DNA of 7,915 nucleotides. Source: Amoebidium appalachense (lineage: Eukaryota > Protista > Ichthyosporea). The translations under genes were made by a program, and so were the position numbers. The notes below the pieces were generated by a model. The model did no database searches. It saw only the letters and a program-made list of their open reading frames with translations, and had not been told where the DNA came from. Shown here in pieces: positions 7,502-7,915 of this stretch (the stretch's first letter is position 1; each line of letters starts with the position of its first letter). The stretch covers positions 1 to 7,915 of the forward strand of contig CAVNZM010000105.1 of assembly GCA_963693365.1 (NCBI GenBank). The letters run 5' to 3'.

Positions 7502-7915
7502 TCTACACATCAACTGCCCCAACACCCGTCGTTCAACCACCGGATACGTCATCTTCTTCAAGGGCATCCCCATCACATGGTATTCGAAGCTGCAGTCCAT
7601 CACGGCAACATCCACCACCGAGGCTGAGCTTCTGGCCATCAATGCTGCTGTTCAAAACGTCATCTGGCACCGTGATCACTTCCGTGAACTCGGCTACCCG
7701 ATGACCGACCCCACCCCCGTCTACTGTTACAACCAGTCCACCATTGCCCTCCTGCACACCAACAGCATCAAGCACCGGACCAAACACATTGCCGTCCGGT
7801 ACCACAACACGAAGGACTACATCAAGAGTGGGGATGTGGTCGTCACCTACGTGTCCACCAAAGACAACGTGGCCGACATGATCTTCACCAAGGCCCTGCC
7901 CGGGCCCTCCCACGC
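7502..7915 (+). pseudogene. pol: Ty1/copia RNase H, copy 2 (runs off the right edge)
   Basis: Frame from 7509: INCPNTRRSTTGYVIFFKGIPITWYSKLQSITATSTTEAELLAI...VYCYNQSTIAL...RTKHIAVRYH...NVADMIFTKAL. The first DAD-like motif is missing, CDN is changed to CYN, and there is a 3-nt insertion. 7574-7913 is near-identical to 6140-6480. Confidence 0.88.

Overview
Eukaryotic nest of transposable elements with no recognisable host gene. A young Ty1/copia family with 925-bp TGTT...AACA LTRs (about 98% identical by eye) occurs three times. Element A (minus strand: 5' LTR 602-2101, half-tRNA-iMet-type PBS, open gag running off the left edge) appears inserted into the gag of element B of the same family (5' LTR 2433-3357, gag remnant 2102-2370). 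Element B interrupts the RNase H C-terminus of an otherwise open DIRS/Ngaro-like RT-RNase H ORF (3358-4884, minus). A solo LTR (6577-7501, TSD TCTAC) splits a degenerate copia RT/RNase H fragment that lies head-to-tail with a second RNase H fragment. Between these is an AT-rich tract with about a dozen TATTG-N-CAATA palindromes, possibly a DNA-transposon arm. The least explained object is a ~560-bp non-coding mobile element present twice (1195-1763, inverted at 5144-5700). It has no TIRs and no clear TSD, inserts at T|T, has near-invariant ends with a diverged middle, and carries a CCAAT/CCAAT/TATA-like cassette and several hairpins.
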